Shown one piece after another: positions 31,025 through 41,959 of a stretch of 64,000 nucleotides of DNA. A program made the translations under genes and the position numbers. Source of the DNA: Caecitellus pseudoparvulus (lineage: Eukaryota > Protista > Bigyra: Bicosoecida); contig CBFFRQ010000057.1 of the NCBI GenBank assembly GCA_965644315.1, forward strand, positions 186,001 to 250,000, written 5' to 3'. The number at the start of each line of letters is the position of its first letter. The first letter of the stretch is position 1. Under the pieces are notes generated by a model. That model saw only the letters and a program-made list of their open reading frames with translations. It was not told the origin of the DNA and did no database searches.

Positions 31025-33523
31025 ATGCCCCTACTTTCTGGTTTACTTGTTTCTCTGTGCCTGGCGGGCACGGCGACAGCCTACAGAACCTACATGTCGT
31101 TTGTCCCCAACGGTGACGCTGTGCCATGCACTCACCTCCCGCCTGCTCTTCGCCGCGCCAACTGCGGCGGAAGTGCCATCTGTGAAGTTTGGGGACACAA
31201 CGAATGCCATGCCCAAGGCTCCATCACCGCATTAGGCGATGCTGTGCACTCTGCAGGCTGGAGCGAAGCACGTACGTTTCCAAGCCATCAGCTGACGAGC
31301 CTTGCCTGCCCAGCTGCTCGTTCACGCAATCGGCATCCTGCCACCTTCGCAGTGTGTCGTGCGGATGCAGACGGCGATGGATTCAGCAATGGCGACGAGT
31401 TGGGGGACCCCTGCTGCCGTTGGGGCGGGGGGGATGCTGACCGGCGCTCAGGCATTTCCCACCCAGACGCAGCTGACTCTGCACCTCCCTTCGCCCCCTG
31501 CTCCCAAGCAGTCCCTGACCTGCACTTGCCGGCCGTCCTTGGCTCAAGCAGCTCGTCTTTGCTTGTGAGGCTGCCTCCAGCAACTGCCGCTTGCATTTGT
31601 GGTCTTCAAGTAAGCACGAATGCGTCGTCCTCCGATTGGGTGCGCCCTCGCGTTGACACGCGGGAGGCGGCCCTGGTCCTCATACCCACACCCTCAGGTG
31701 CCTCCATATCTGAGGGCGACACAGTCACAATCACGGTGTCAAATCTTGGCGGCACCGTCACGACGGGCAGCCTAAGCGTGCCGGCGCCATCGATGCTGCA
31801 GCCAAATGCTTCGCTACTGCTTGGCTCGTCCCCAACACCGCTCCAAGCGACTTCACAGCACTCCTCGTTGGAAATCAGTCAGACCCTCTTGCTCCTGCTG
31901 CCCCTTGGCTTCACCCTCGCCGTTTCCCTCCTGTCCGTTGCAGTGTGCACACACTTGCCACCGCAGTTGACCGCCTGCACTGCCTGCCTCCTCAACGTGC
32001 GAGGCTCCAAGCGCAAGCATCGCAGCAACAGCTACCGCCTTTGGCAGGCGTTCGCACTCCTCATGACAGCAGGCACAGTCGCCCTCAACGCTGCCGCGTA
32101 CGGTGAGCTGAAGTACCCTCTGGTGCCTGTGGCGGCGGTCGGCCGAGGACTGGGCGTTGCTTGCATTGCGCTGCTTGCGGCAGCAGTGGCGTCAGCGAGT
32201 CATCACTTGCTGCTGCACATCGCAGGCGTCTCATTCGATCGTGCGGTGTTCGGACACTTGACGCTGGGGACGTGGGCGGTGCTGGCCGGAGTGGCACACG
32301 GCTCCTGGATGGTTGCCGAGTCAGAGCTAGGCGGCACAGCCCTGAACGCAGAGCAGACTGGTGGCATGTATGCAGCATTTGCCTGGGAGCCTGACCTCCC
32401 CATCAATCCGCTTGCTGGCTTCATTGCTGGCTTGAGCCTGGTGTTCCTCCTGTTTTGGCCCAGCAGGCGCGGCTTCCGCACACGCTGCTACGCTGCATTT
32501 TACGCACTGCACATCACTGGGGCCATCACAGCAGTGGTCTTCTCCTACTTGCACTTGGTGAACTCTGGCATCAACTCAGTCATTCCTCTCGTTGTCCCGT
32601 TGGCGGTTGTATTGACGGAGAACATTGCCCTGGGCGGGCTGCTCGGCGTTGCGACTGCGGGCAGGGTCACAGCCGCCAAGAGCCTCTCCCCCAGCTTGGT
32701 GCAAGTGACTGTGGAGAGCCCAGCTCTCCCCTTCCCCTCCGCCCCAGGCCAGTGGCACCGCCTCCTCATCCCTTCCTTGTCCCTGCTTCCTCACCCCCTC
32801 TCGGTCGCCAAGGCGGAAGCGAAGGACGGGAAGCTTGTTACCACGTTTATTGTGCGGGCGTCCCACCGGCCACTGGGGCAGCTCTGTGCTCCTCGCCACA
32901 CGTGGTCGGCCGCCTTTGTGGCCGCGGCCTCCGACAACTCTCTCATCGGCAGCCAAGCACTGAGTGTCGGGCCACCATTCGGCAGCTGCACCTTCGACGC
33001 TCGCCTGCCTGTGCGCCACGTCCTCGTGGCAGGTGGAGTGGGTGTGACTGCCCTTCTCAGCCACGCGTCCCACTTCGCCGCTGCCTGTGCGCCAGTGCAC
33101 CTTGTGTGGGCTTGCCGGGAACCGCAGCTGGCAGAGGCAGGGCTGCGGCTGCTCCTGGCTCCCCCACAGCAGGCGGGAGGGCGTTCGAGCAGCCCCCCCG
33201 ATGCATCGATCGGCCCTCTGCATACTCTGAGTGTGTCTCTCTTCCTGGGCACCGGCGCTGGTAGAGTGGGGCACGAAGGAGCCAAGGCTGCCCAGGATAG
33301 TCTGGCAGGTGTGGTCGCCGCGCTGTCCGCCCAGGGGGCGACCGTCACCCAGGCCGCCGGCCGAGCTGACGTCGGTGCTATCATTGCCGCAGAAGCTGCG
33401 TGTGCCGGGGATGGCTTCACAGGCGTGTACGTGTGCGGCCCAGCGTCCCTTGCAGGCGATGTCGTGCAAGCAGCCCAAGCAGCACCTCGCACGCTGCTGC
33501 ACGAAGAGCAGTTTGGGTGGTGA
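31025..33523 (+). CDS. Temptin-like extracellular domain fused to a ferric reductase/NADPH-oxidase-like cytochrome b561 core with FAD- and NAD(P)-binding domains; 1 in-frame intron (31272-31352)
   Basis: Signal peptide; YMSFVPNG..WGH..GWSEALCRADADGDGFSNGDELGDPCCRW (temptin-like after splicing); two H-x13-H heme pairs (HLTLGTWAVLAGVAH, HITGAITAVVFSYLH); PGQW, HPLS, LVAGGVGVT, VYVCGP, HEEQFGW*. Confidence 0.82.
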   Translation: MPLLSGLLVSLCLAGTATAYRTYMSFVPNGDAVPCTHLPPALRRANCGGSAICEVWGHNECHAQGSITALGDAVHSAGWSEARTFPSHQLTSLACPAARSRNRHPATFAVCRADADGDGFSNGDELGDPCCRWGGGDADRRSGISHPDAADSAPPFAPCSQAVPDLHLPAVLGSSSSSLLVRLPPATAACICGLQVSTNASSSDWVRPRVDTREAALVLIPTPSGASISEGDTVTITVSNLGGTVTTGSLSVPAPSMLQPNASLLLGSSPTPLQATSQHSSLEISQTLLLLLPLGFTLAVSLLSVAVCTHLPPQLTACTACLLNVRGSKRKHRSNSYRLWQAFALLMTAGTVALNAAAYGELKYPLVPVAAVGRGLGVACIALLAAAVASASHHLLLHIAGVSFDRAVFGHLTLGTWAVLAGVAHGSWMVAESELGGTALNAEQTGGMYAAFAWEPDLPINPLAGFIAGLSLVFLLFWPSRRGFRTRCYAAFYALHITGAITAVVFSYLHLVNSGINSVIPLVVPLAVVLTENIALGGLLGVATAGRVTAAKSLSPSLVQVTVESPALPFPSAPGQWHRLLIPSLSLLPHPLSVAKAEAKDGKLVTTFIVRASHRPLGQLCAPRHTWSAAFVAAASDNSLIGSQALSVGPPFGSCTFDARLPVRHVLVAGGVGVTALLSHASHFAAACAPVHLVWACREPQLAEAGLRLLLAPPQQAGGRSSSPPDASIGPLHTLSVSLFLGTGAGRVGHEGAKAAQDSLAGVVAALSAQGATVTQAAGRADVGAIIAAEAACAGDGFTGVYVCGPASLAGDVVQAAQAAPRTLLHEEQFGW

Positions 33524-33579
33524 CGCGGCGTGCTTGTTGCTCAATGCATTTTCATGTTCGCGTGGCGCGCTGCGCGGGC

Positions 33580-34874
33580 TCAGTTGATGAAGGAAGACTT
33601 GCGCCCCTCGAAACCCATGCGGCCCCCCCGCCCTCCAGACTTCCCGGCCGCCCCGCCCGGCGTGACAATGCCCGCCTTGCGCATGCGCGCTGCCTTCTTG
33701 CCTTCTGCCCGCTTGGCCAAGTTGCTTGTGCGGCGTGCCTGCTTTGCTGCCTGCGCCTCCTTGACCGCCTCCGTGCGCTCGGCCCACTTGGCGCGGCTCT
33801 TCTCCTTGGCCTTCTCCCGCCGCTTCAGCGCCTTGCGCAGCAGCTTGGGGTCATCCTTCACCTTCTCGCCCTTGGCGCGCTTCAGAGCTGCCTCCCACGC
33901 AGCAGACTGCTCCATGGACTGTGCCGCAGCCTCCTGCTTGGACGCCCGCAGCGCATCCAGCTTGGCCTGGTTGGCCTCCGCCTTGGCCAGGAGGCCCTTC
34001 AGGGCCTTCACCTGCCTGGGGCGCTTGTCCAGCTTGGAGGTGGCTTTGTCCAGGCCAGTGGCACCACTGGTGTCCAGCACGCCGAAGGACAAGTCCACAG
34101 GGGTTGATGCGCTTGCCTTGGAACTGCCCTCAGCCCCGCCCTTGCTCACGGTGCGCGGGCGGCCGACGCCCCCCCGCGTCTTCTTCTTGCGGGGAGCACG
34201 CTTAGTGGGCCCAGTCTCCTCGCCTTCCCCAGCCTCTCCGCGCACGCGCTTCGTGCCACGTGAACGGCGGGGGGCGTCCTCACCGTCGCCCTCTGGCCGG
34301 GCGTGTGCTTGGCGGCCGCTCTTCAGGTCGGCGATCTTGGCGTGCAGGCGAGCACGGAGCTCCTCCAGGGACTGTGCCTTGCCCACTTGGGGTGCGAAGG
34401 AGCCTGGCACACCTCGCCCGGCTGCTGGCGCACCGCCTGAGCTGGCCGAGCGCTGGGTCGCTGCTGCGCCAGCGCCAGCGGCTTCCTTCTGCAACTTGTC
34501 CGACACAGAGTGCACCGCCTCGGTGTCAAACTTGGCACGCTTGGCCTTTTTAGACGCTTCCTTCACCGCCTGCTTCGGCGCTGTGCCCTTCTTGTTCTGA
34601 AGCGCGGCGGAGGCAGGTGGGCAGTGCAGGCGTGCAGCGGCGTGTTCCCGTGCCAGCCAACACGAACCTTGTGGAAGCGTGTCCAAGTCATGGCCGCCTC
34701 GTTCTCGTCCTTGAAGTAGAACTTGGCAGGAATCATGTCCAGGATCTGGTCAAAGTAGTGTGTGTGCGCCTCCAGGCGCTGGGGCAGCGGCACAGTGTCA
34801 TCCAGGGGACCGTGCGGAATTTGCAAGCTGCTCCCCTGCCACGTCCCGCCCCCAGCGGCAGCTGCCGAAGCCAT
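33580..34874 (-). CDS. SURF6: SURF6/RRP14 nucleolar ribosome biogenesis protein; 1 intron (34597-34667)
   Basis: RRP14-type LEAHTHYFDQILDMIPAKFYF; SLEELRARLHAKI; WEAALKRAKGEKVKDDPKLLRKALKR..KSRAKWAER..GFEG. Confidence 0.9.
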
Positions 34875-34984
34875 GGTGGAGTTGCGGCGCAGATGGGCAG
34901 GTGGGGTGCCAGCGTGCATTACAAACACTTCAATCAGGCACGTTGACGCCTAGGTTGCACGGTAATGCCACCGTGAGGAGAGTG

Positions 34985-36295
34985 CTACACTGCAGTGAGC
35001 CCGGACGGAGTGCTGCTGTCAGGGAACAGGGTGCCCGAGCCGGTGCCCCCCGTTTCAGGGCGCGGCAGCATGTCGGGAGCAACCACCTTGGGACTGGGCT
35101 TGCGCTGCCCCGTCGCGGGGGCAGCAGTGGAAGGTGCTGTGACGTACAGGACGACCCCCGTGACCACCACGAGCGTTGCAAGCGCCTTGGGCACGGTGAA
35201 GCACTGAGACTCCTGCCGCGCACAAAAGAGCAGTGCTGCAGAAGCAAAGACGCCCACTGCCCGCATGCCCTGCACGACGCCCACAACGACAGCTCCCACA
35301 GACCCCAGCAGGTTGAAGAAGAGCACCGTGTGCCCGGCATGGGCGACCGTGTACAGGCCCATGGTCAGCATGGCAGCTTCGGCGTTGCCGCCGGCAGCCG
35401 CCATGGGGCGCTCCACCAGCTCCTCCCACCGCGGCAGGGTCACGAAGAGCACCCAGATGCTGCATAGGGCAGAGCCTGTCACGCCCACCTGCCCAGCCAG
35501 CTCCATGGCGTCGGCTGTGGGGTCAGCCTCCAGCAAAGCTTCCGTGCAGGCAGAGGAGCAGGAGAAGGAGGCTGCCCCGACGACGGACAGGATCACCCCC
35601 AGTACGACGGTGACTGCGCTAGGGCCCTCGCCATGGGCGGGTGCCTGGCTGCTCTGGGACAGCAGCGGCCCCAGCGCCGCGATGACCAGGCCGCCCACGA
35701 TGGTGAGCACGCCGGACCAGTGCCTCGTCGACAGGCGACGGTCTGTGAACTTGGTGGTGAGCAAGGCTGACCAGACAATGGTAGAGGCGTGGGCCACCTG
35801 AAAGAGACCTGATCCAGCCATTTCCATTCCAATCATGCTCAGCACGTACCCTGCGCGCAGGAGCGGGAAGTCTCCGGAGTTGCAGCGCTGCCTCGCGCGG
35901 CGGCCGGGGCAAGCAAAGTCCGCACGCACCCAACCCTTCGAGCGTCGTGACAACCAGGAACACCAGCCCACGCGGCACACTGACGCCCAGCAACGACACA
36001 TGACTGGGGGTGATCAGCTTGCTCTCTGGGGACTTCCCTTTCGGCCCCTTCGTGCTGCAGCTGCAAGCCTTGCCGAGCTTGACTGCTAGGGAAGCCAGCA
36101 CCTGAGCAACACAACGCGAAGGACATGTGGCAGCAAACGCGGCTTGCCAGACCCGGCAGCGGCACGCACGACGCCAACAAATGTGAACAGCACTACCAGC
36201 CCACTGGTCTGGTTTCCAGCTCCTTCATACACCAGGAATTGGGCCAGCGTCGTGGTGAGGATGCCAGTGCAGAAGTAGCCAAAAGGCATCAGCAT
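34985..36295 (-). CDS. DMT-superfamily (SLC35/EamA-like) membrane transporter, multi-exon; true start may lie upstream of 36295
   Basis: About 10 hydrophobic helices across exons; GMEMAGSGLFQVAHASTIVWSALL..RRLSTRHWSGVLTIVGGL, VGAVVVGVVQGMRAVGVF and FC..QESQCFT. Confidence 0.78.
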
Positions 36296-36584
36296 GGTGA
36301 GCTGGTTGTACCTGCACCCGACCTCTCAAGTGCGCAAGCCGGCAGCGCCACACCGCCACGCCTGGCCGGTGTGCTTGAGGTATGGCACACTGTGTTCACA
36401 TGAACGACACTGCGCACTTGCACAGCCGGGGCGGTCTGTGGGCGTTGGGTTTTGTCCACGTCTTGCTCAAGCACAGATCCTCTACTCTGGACAACCCAGA
36501 CAGCGAGCCAGCAACAACAGCAATGTATTGCACAAACGCCCGCAGCCATTGCACACCTGCAAGCCATGCCCTCGAAATGGCGCC

Positions 36585-39500
36585 TTACATAGCGCTGCCA
36601 GCTCGAGGGCGTTTGGGTGGTGTGGCCTGCTGCGCTTCAGGAGGCTCAGCGCGCCCTGCGCTGGCGCCACGGCCTCGTGCACGCTTCGTGCCGCGAGTGG
36701 AAGCAACATTGCCCTTGTCTGAAGACGCTAGCGCTCCAGAGGGCTGAATGAGGGCCTGCAGCGTTGTGCTGTGACTCTCAGAGACGACGGCTTCTGCTGC
36801 CAGCGTGGGCAGCTCCGACGCGCCAACGCTTCGGCGCCGGGAGGAGTACCCCGTCCGCCGCCGTAGCTGGGCGAGGGCTTCGCCAGTTGCACGGCTGTGC
36901 ACACTGCGAGTGCCACGCCGGGGGTGGGCATCGGAGGCCTCATCCCCTGCCTCGTCTCCCTCCTCCCCCTCTTCGCCGCCGAACACAGTGCCGCCAAAGC
37001 CGACGCCGTGCGCAGCGAAGGCCTTCACACTCTTGCTCTGCGCGCGTGCAGCACTGGCAACGGTGGGGTTCATGACGCTCCGACGAGGCGCTGCTGCACC
37101 TGGGCGCCGTTGTGCGCCTGCGTGGAGCACCGCGCCCTCCCCGAGCGCGTCCGCGGCATTGCTCGAAAACTCGTCATCATCATCGCTGTCCTGTGTGCCC
37201 TCCACCCGCCTCGCAGCGCCGGCGGAGCTGCCCCGGCTCGTGGAGCGGGCCCCGTCCAAGCCAAGTCCCAGGCGCAAGTCGGCATCAGAGATGCCCTCAG
37301 CACCCTGCAACGCGTGCTCCTCGCCGTCGTCGTCCTCCTGGGTCGCAGCCGACCCATGTAGCATGCGCTGGGGGGTGTCGCCGTCCCTGCCCCCTGCAGC
37401 GCGCAGGGAGGCCACCTCCTGCGTCAGAGCCTGCACTTGGTCAGCCCGAGCAGTGGCCTCGGACATGTACGTGGCCATGAGCTCTTCCATGCTACGCAGC
37501 TGCCCCCTCAAGGCGCTGATCTTGCCTTCCACCGCCGCTGCCACGTCTTCGGACCCGGCCTCCACGCCGGCATCAGCCAGCACAGACACGAGCGCCTCTG
37601 TGACGGCGTCTGCCTGGGCTGTCTGTGCTTTGGCGAGCTGCTGGCGCAGGCTAGCGATTGTCTCGTGGGCATCTGCCGCAGCCCGTACGCTCTCCAGCTC
37701 AGCGGCTCGGGCACTGGCTGCTGCCGCCTCGCTGCTGCCGCTGCCGGGCGCATCTGACGCTGTGCGGGGCGCTTGGTGCAAGGCCAGCTGGGCGTGAATG
37801 AGCATGGACAGCAACCAATTCAAGAGGCGCCCTGCGAGATTGCCGCTGGCCCGGCGACCGCCACGCCCGGCACAGGCAGCCACCTTGGCCATCCACTTGT
37901 TGGCAGCCAGACCAGCTGCCTCCTCCTCTGCGCTGAGCGCTGACCACCCCTCGTTGGCTCGGGCCATGCGGTGGGTCAGCGCCACGACAGCACGCTTCAG
38001 CGCGTCCACTTCCTCGCCCGCCTCCCCGCCCTCCACTGCAGCGGCGAGGCGGTGCGCCAGCTCGCTGCGTTCCTCAGCAGCTGATTCCCGCTCCGCACGC
38101 CAGGCAGCCTTGCGGCACCGCAGTGCGAGGACGCGTGCCACCACCTCCTGCACTTCCTCCGGCAGAGTGCGGGACTGGCGCAGGGTGGTGGGCGTGCCCG
38201 TCACTGGCAAACCCGATGTAGGCACCCCGGCGTCGCCGGCCTCTCCTGCTGCAGCCTCGGCACTTGCAGTGGCCACTGCTTCCTGCAGCAGGCCTGCCGT
38301 CGTCTCATCCAGGCAGGAGGTGTCGCCCAGCAGGTCGCCCAGGCCAGCAGCGCCGGTCTTGGAGCGGCCACCGCCCAAGCTGCCCAGATCGGCACTGGCC
38401 ACACCCCCCCTGCCCTGCGTCCGCCCCAGCACCCTCCGTGTTCGACTGCCACCTGCATGGCTGGAGGGAGTGGGCCCCGCAGCCCGCACTCGCTGAGCGA
38501 CCAGGCGCTTGCGCGCTGCCTCGGCTTCCTTGGCGCGGGCCAAGCGCTCACGCTGGCGGGAAGCCTGCAGCGCCTTGGATGCCTTCTCCAGCTCAGCTGC
38601 TTGCTTCGTCAGCTGCAGCTGTGCAGACCGATGTGCCTTGGCCAGGGAGGCCGCTTCCTTAGCACGGGCACGGCGCTCAACAGCGTGGGCCTTGGCTGCC
38701 TCCCGCAGGCGCTTCTCCAGGTCCACCCGCTCGCGTTTGGCGCTTTCGATGCTGTCCTTGAGGCTGCGCAGGCGAGCTGCCTCGCGGTCCTTGCGCTCTG
38801 CCTCCCGCTTGCGTTGGGCAATGCCCTTCTCCAGGGCGGCGATGCGCGCGCGCATGGCGCGAATCTCATCATCCTTGGCTTTCAAGGCAGAAGAAGTGGC
38901 GCGAGACCCACTGCCTGCACCAGCTGACCCTGCTGCCGGCTCTGCCTTGGCCACCTCCAGCTCCTCCGTCAGGGTCGCCACCTTGGCCAGCAACACCTCC
39001 ATCTCCTCCTCCTGCTTGCGAATTTCCTCCTTGAACTTGCTGCGCAGGCTCTCATACCCCTCCAGCTGCACCCCTACCGTTGCCTGCGCCGCAGCAAACA
39101 GACGCTCCTTCGCAGCGATGGTGTCCTGCAAGTCAGACAGCTGTCCCGTCAGCTGCAAGCGAGCAGCCATGGCAGCCACCTCCTCTTCTGCCGGCGCTGC
39201 GGTGGCAGCGTGCACGGCTGCAGCGGCAGCATCAGCAGCGGCATGGTGCTCGGGAGTCAAGTCTTCATCCTCAGCGCCACTGGCAGCGCCTTCATCGGCA
39301 CCCTCCTCCGCGTCGCTGCCTGTCGAGTCGGCGCAGTGCAGGCCCGCCAGCGGAGCGCCAGAACCCATCATCAGCGCGCCAATGCCAACCTGAGCCACCC
39401 CCTTGCGACTCAGCAGCCGGGCCACCTGCCCCTGCAGGGCTGTGATCGCACAATTCTTCTCCGCAAGCAAAGACAACACGGGCGCCTCGCTAGCAAAGTC

Positions 39501-41641
39501 AGATGGCGCGGAGCCACCCTCACCAGCGCTTGCCGCTGCGGCAGCTGCGCTCTCCGCAGCCAGTGTGACGTCTCCTTCGCCATCTTCATCCAGGGGCGGG
39601 ATGGGGGCTGTGGCCCCCGCAGCGGCGGTGGCCGCCGCGCCCTCTTCCGTATCAGCTGCCCCCGGCAGCGGGCCACTCAAGTTTTGGGTGACCTTCGTGA
39701 AGCGCCAGCGCCATTTGTCAGCTGCTGTGAGGGCTGCAGCATGCTGGATGGACACTGCGTTGGCCAGGGCGCACATTTCCTGGCCCCGTGTGGAGACGTT
39801 GGTGAGGGTGGCACGCGTGGAGGCCAGCTCGGCCCCCGTCACCTCCAAGTCAGCCTCGAGCTCACGCACCCGGCAACGCAGGTGCCGCACTTCTTCGCTT
39901 TCCCCCCCTGCCTCCACGGCAGCTGCAGCTGCAAAGGCACGCCCAGCCCCAGTGCCTGTGATGGGTCGGGAGTCACCTTGACACGGTGGAGGTGGCGGCA
40001 TAGCTGGCACAGCGCCACCCCGTCCCGCAGTGCGCGACACGGTGCGGCGACCCGAAGGGGACGAAAAAGGGCACACACTGCCCCCCAGCTGAAACCTGGA
40101 GAGGATGGATGGGGACACTGGCGCCCCATCCGCGTACAGGCGAGAGAGCTCCGTCTTGAGGACGCTGATGGTGTGCCGCAGGTGCACGTTGGAGGCGCCG
40201 ACGGGGTCCGCGTTGACGACGGGCTTGTTCTCGATGCTGCTAGCGGCATCAGCATACCGCAGCGTCAGCAACGTCTCCTCGTAGTTTGAGTCAGCAGGCG
40301 ACACGCAGGCAATCATGGTCGTGGCCGAGTTGCCGCCCAAGCTGTTCGTCAGCAGCTGCGTCAACTTGGAGTTGCGGAAGGGGATGTGGCGAGCCCTGCT
40401 GGCCAGTGCCGTGATGCAGAGGCCCAGCGTCGTCAGGCTCTGGTTGATGTTGTTGGCTTCCCGCAGGCGTGTGCCCTCGGCGCCCGTCTTCTTGCTGCGC
40501 TCCGAGCCAGCTAGGTCCACCAGGCGGAACAGGGAGGTCTTCACGACATGCGCGTCCAAATCTTCCCCCTCATCACAGCCCCCCCCCTCGGCAAGCTCTG
40601 CATCGCCTACAGCAGCAGGGCTGCCGGGCGAAGCGGCGTGGGCGCCCTTCGCCATTGGTCGCTGCACCAGCTTCAGGGTGATGATGGCGTGGGAGCGGGA
40701 GGAGACGGCATTCATGGCTGTGCTGGCCGTCGTGCGGCGCTGGGCCCCAGAGGTGAGAGCCGCAGAGAGCTCGTCCAGGGACGTCACTGGCACGTCTGTC
40801 AGCCCCTTCACCTCGTAGTTCCCGAAGGCGTCCTTGTACAGCATGTGGCGTGGCTCGGCGTCACCGCCCTTCCACAGCAAGTCCCGCACCTGCTCGTTGT
40901 ATATTTCAAGGTACGACATGGTTACAGTGCAGGCCATGGAAGCCTCCTTCTCAGCGGCAGCTTGCAGCACCTCCTCCAGCACTCGGGGCACGATGCCAAC
41001 GGGCGTCTCATCGCTGGCACCTGCATAGGCGGTTCCCATCGTGTACGTCTTCCCACTCCCCGTTTGGCCGTATGCAAGCACTGTGGCGTTGTACCCTTCC
41101 ATGAACTTGCTTACTGGGCGGTGGGGGGCAGAGCAGGGGCTGTGATGCTTCCGCAAAGCCTGCGGAGAGAGTCGCTGCGGCACTTACCCAGCGGCTTCAC
41201 AGCTGCATCGTACACATCCTCTTGCTGCGTCTCCTCGGGGAAAACCTTGTCAAAGGAAAATGACTTGCTTCCTAGCTCCAGCTGCTGTGTCTCGGGGTGC
41301 ACCACCATGCTGTAGCCGCAGCCCGCCGCCAGCTCCTTCCCATTCAGCCTGCGCGCGGGGCGAAGCGGCTCAGTGCCAGCCGAAGCACGGCAAAGGAGGA
41401 CCTCCAGGCAGATGGGGAGACCAGCACGCTCCGTGGCAGGAGCTATGTGGTTGTGGGGGTTCCACTCCATGGGGGAAGCCGTAGATCCCCCCCGCACACA
41501 GGAGTTAGAGCCGAGTGCGGCATGCCAGCGTGTCACTGAGCTCTAACGTGCGCAAGCGCGCGGAGGCCCTGGCACTTTCACCACACACTGCACGCACCCT
41601 CTGACGCGGATCGCAACCTTAACATTGCCATCTTCAGCCAT
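36585..41641 (-). CDS. Kinesin-4-like motor protein (KIF4/KIF21/KIF27 group); 2 introns (41349-41597, 41114-41187)
   Basis: Spliced N-terminus MAEDGNVKVAIRVRGLN..FSFDKVF; EGYNATVLAYGQTGSGKTYTMGT, SSRSHAI, LVDLAGSER, HIPFRNSKLT, MIACVSP; long coiled-coil stalk. Confidence 0.93.
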
Positions 41642-41959
41642 ATTCCCAGGCTAGATGCTGAAGTTCCCCTCCCAAGAGATCCTGTGTCACTGGCCAGTAG
41701 AAGTCCAAGTTCCGCACCGCAGCGACACCTGGCAAGTGCCGAGAGGCCGCCTTCTTCGCCGAACCCTGCGTCTCTGGCGCGGCCCTGCAGGTTTCATGAA
41801 AACTGCAGGTTGATGGCACCCAGCTATGTGCGCATTTGAATTGTACAGCCGCTCAAGCCATTGCAACGGCTGTGATTGAGCTGACCCGTCGCAGACATGA
41901 AACAGCTGGCGTTCACACAGGCAGCCACTTCACCCTCTGCACTTGAACTCCAAGTGACA

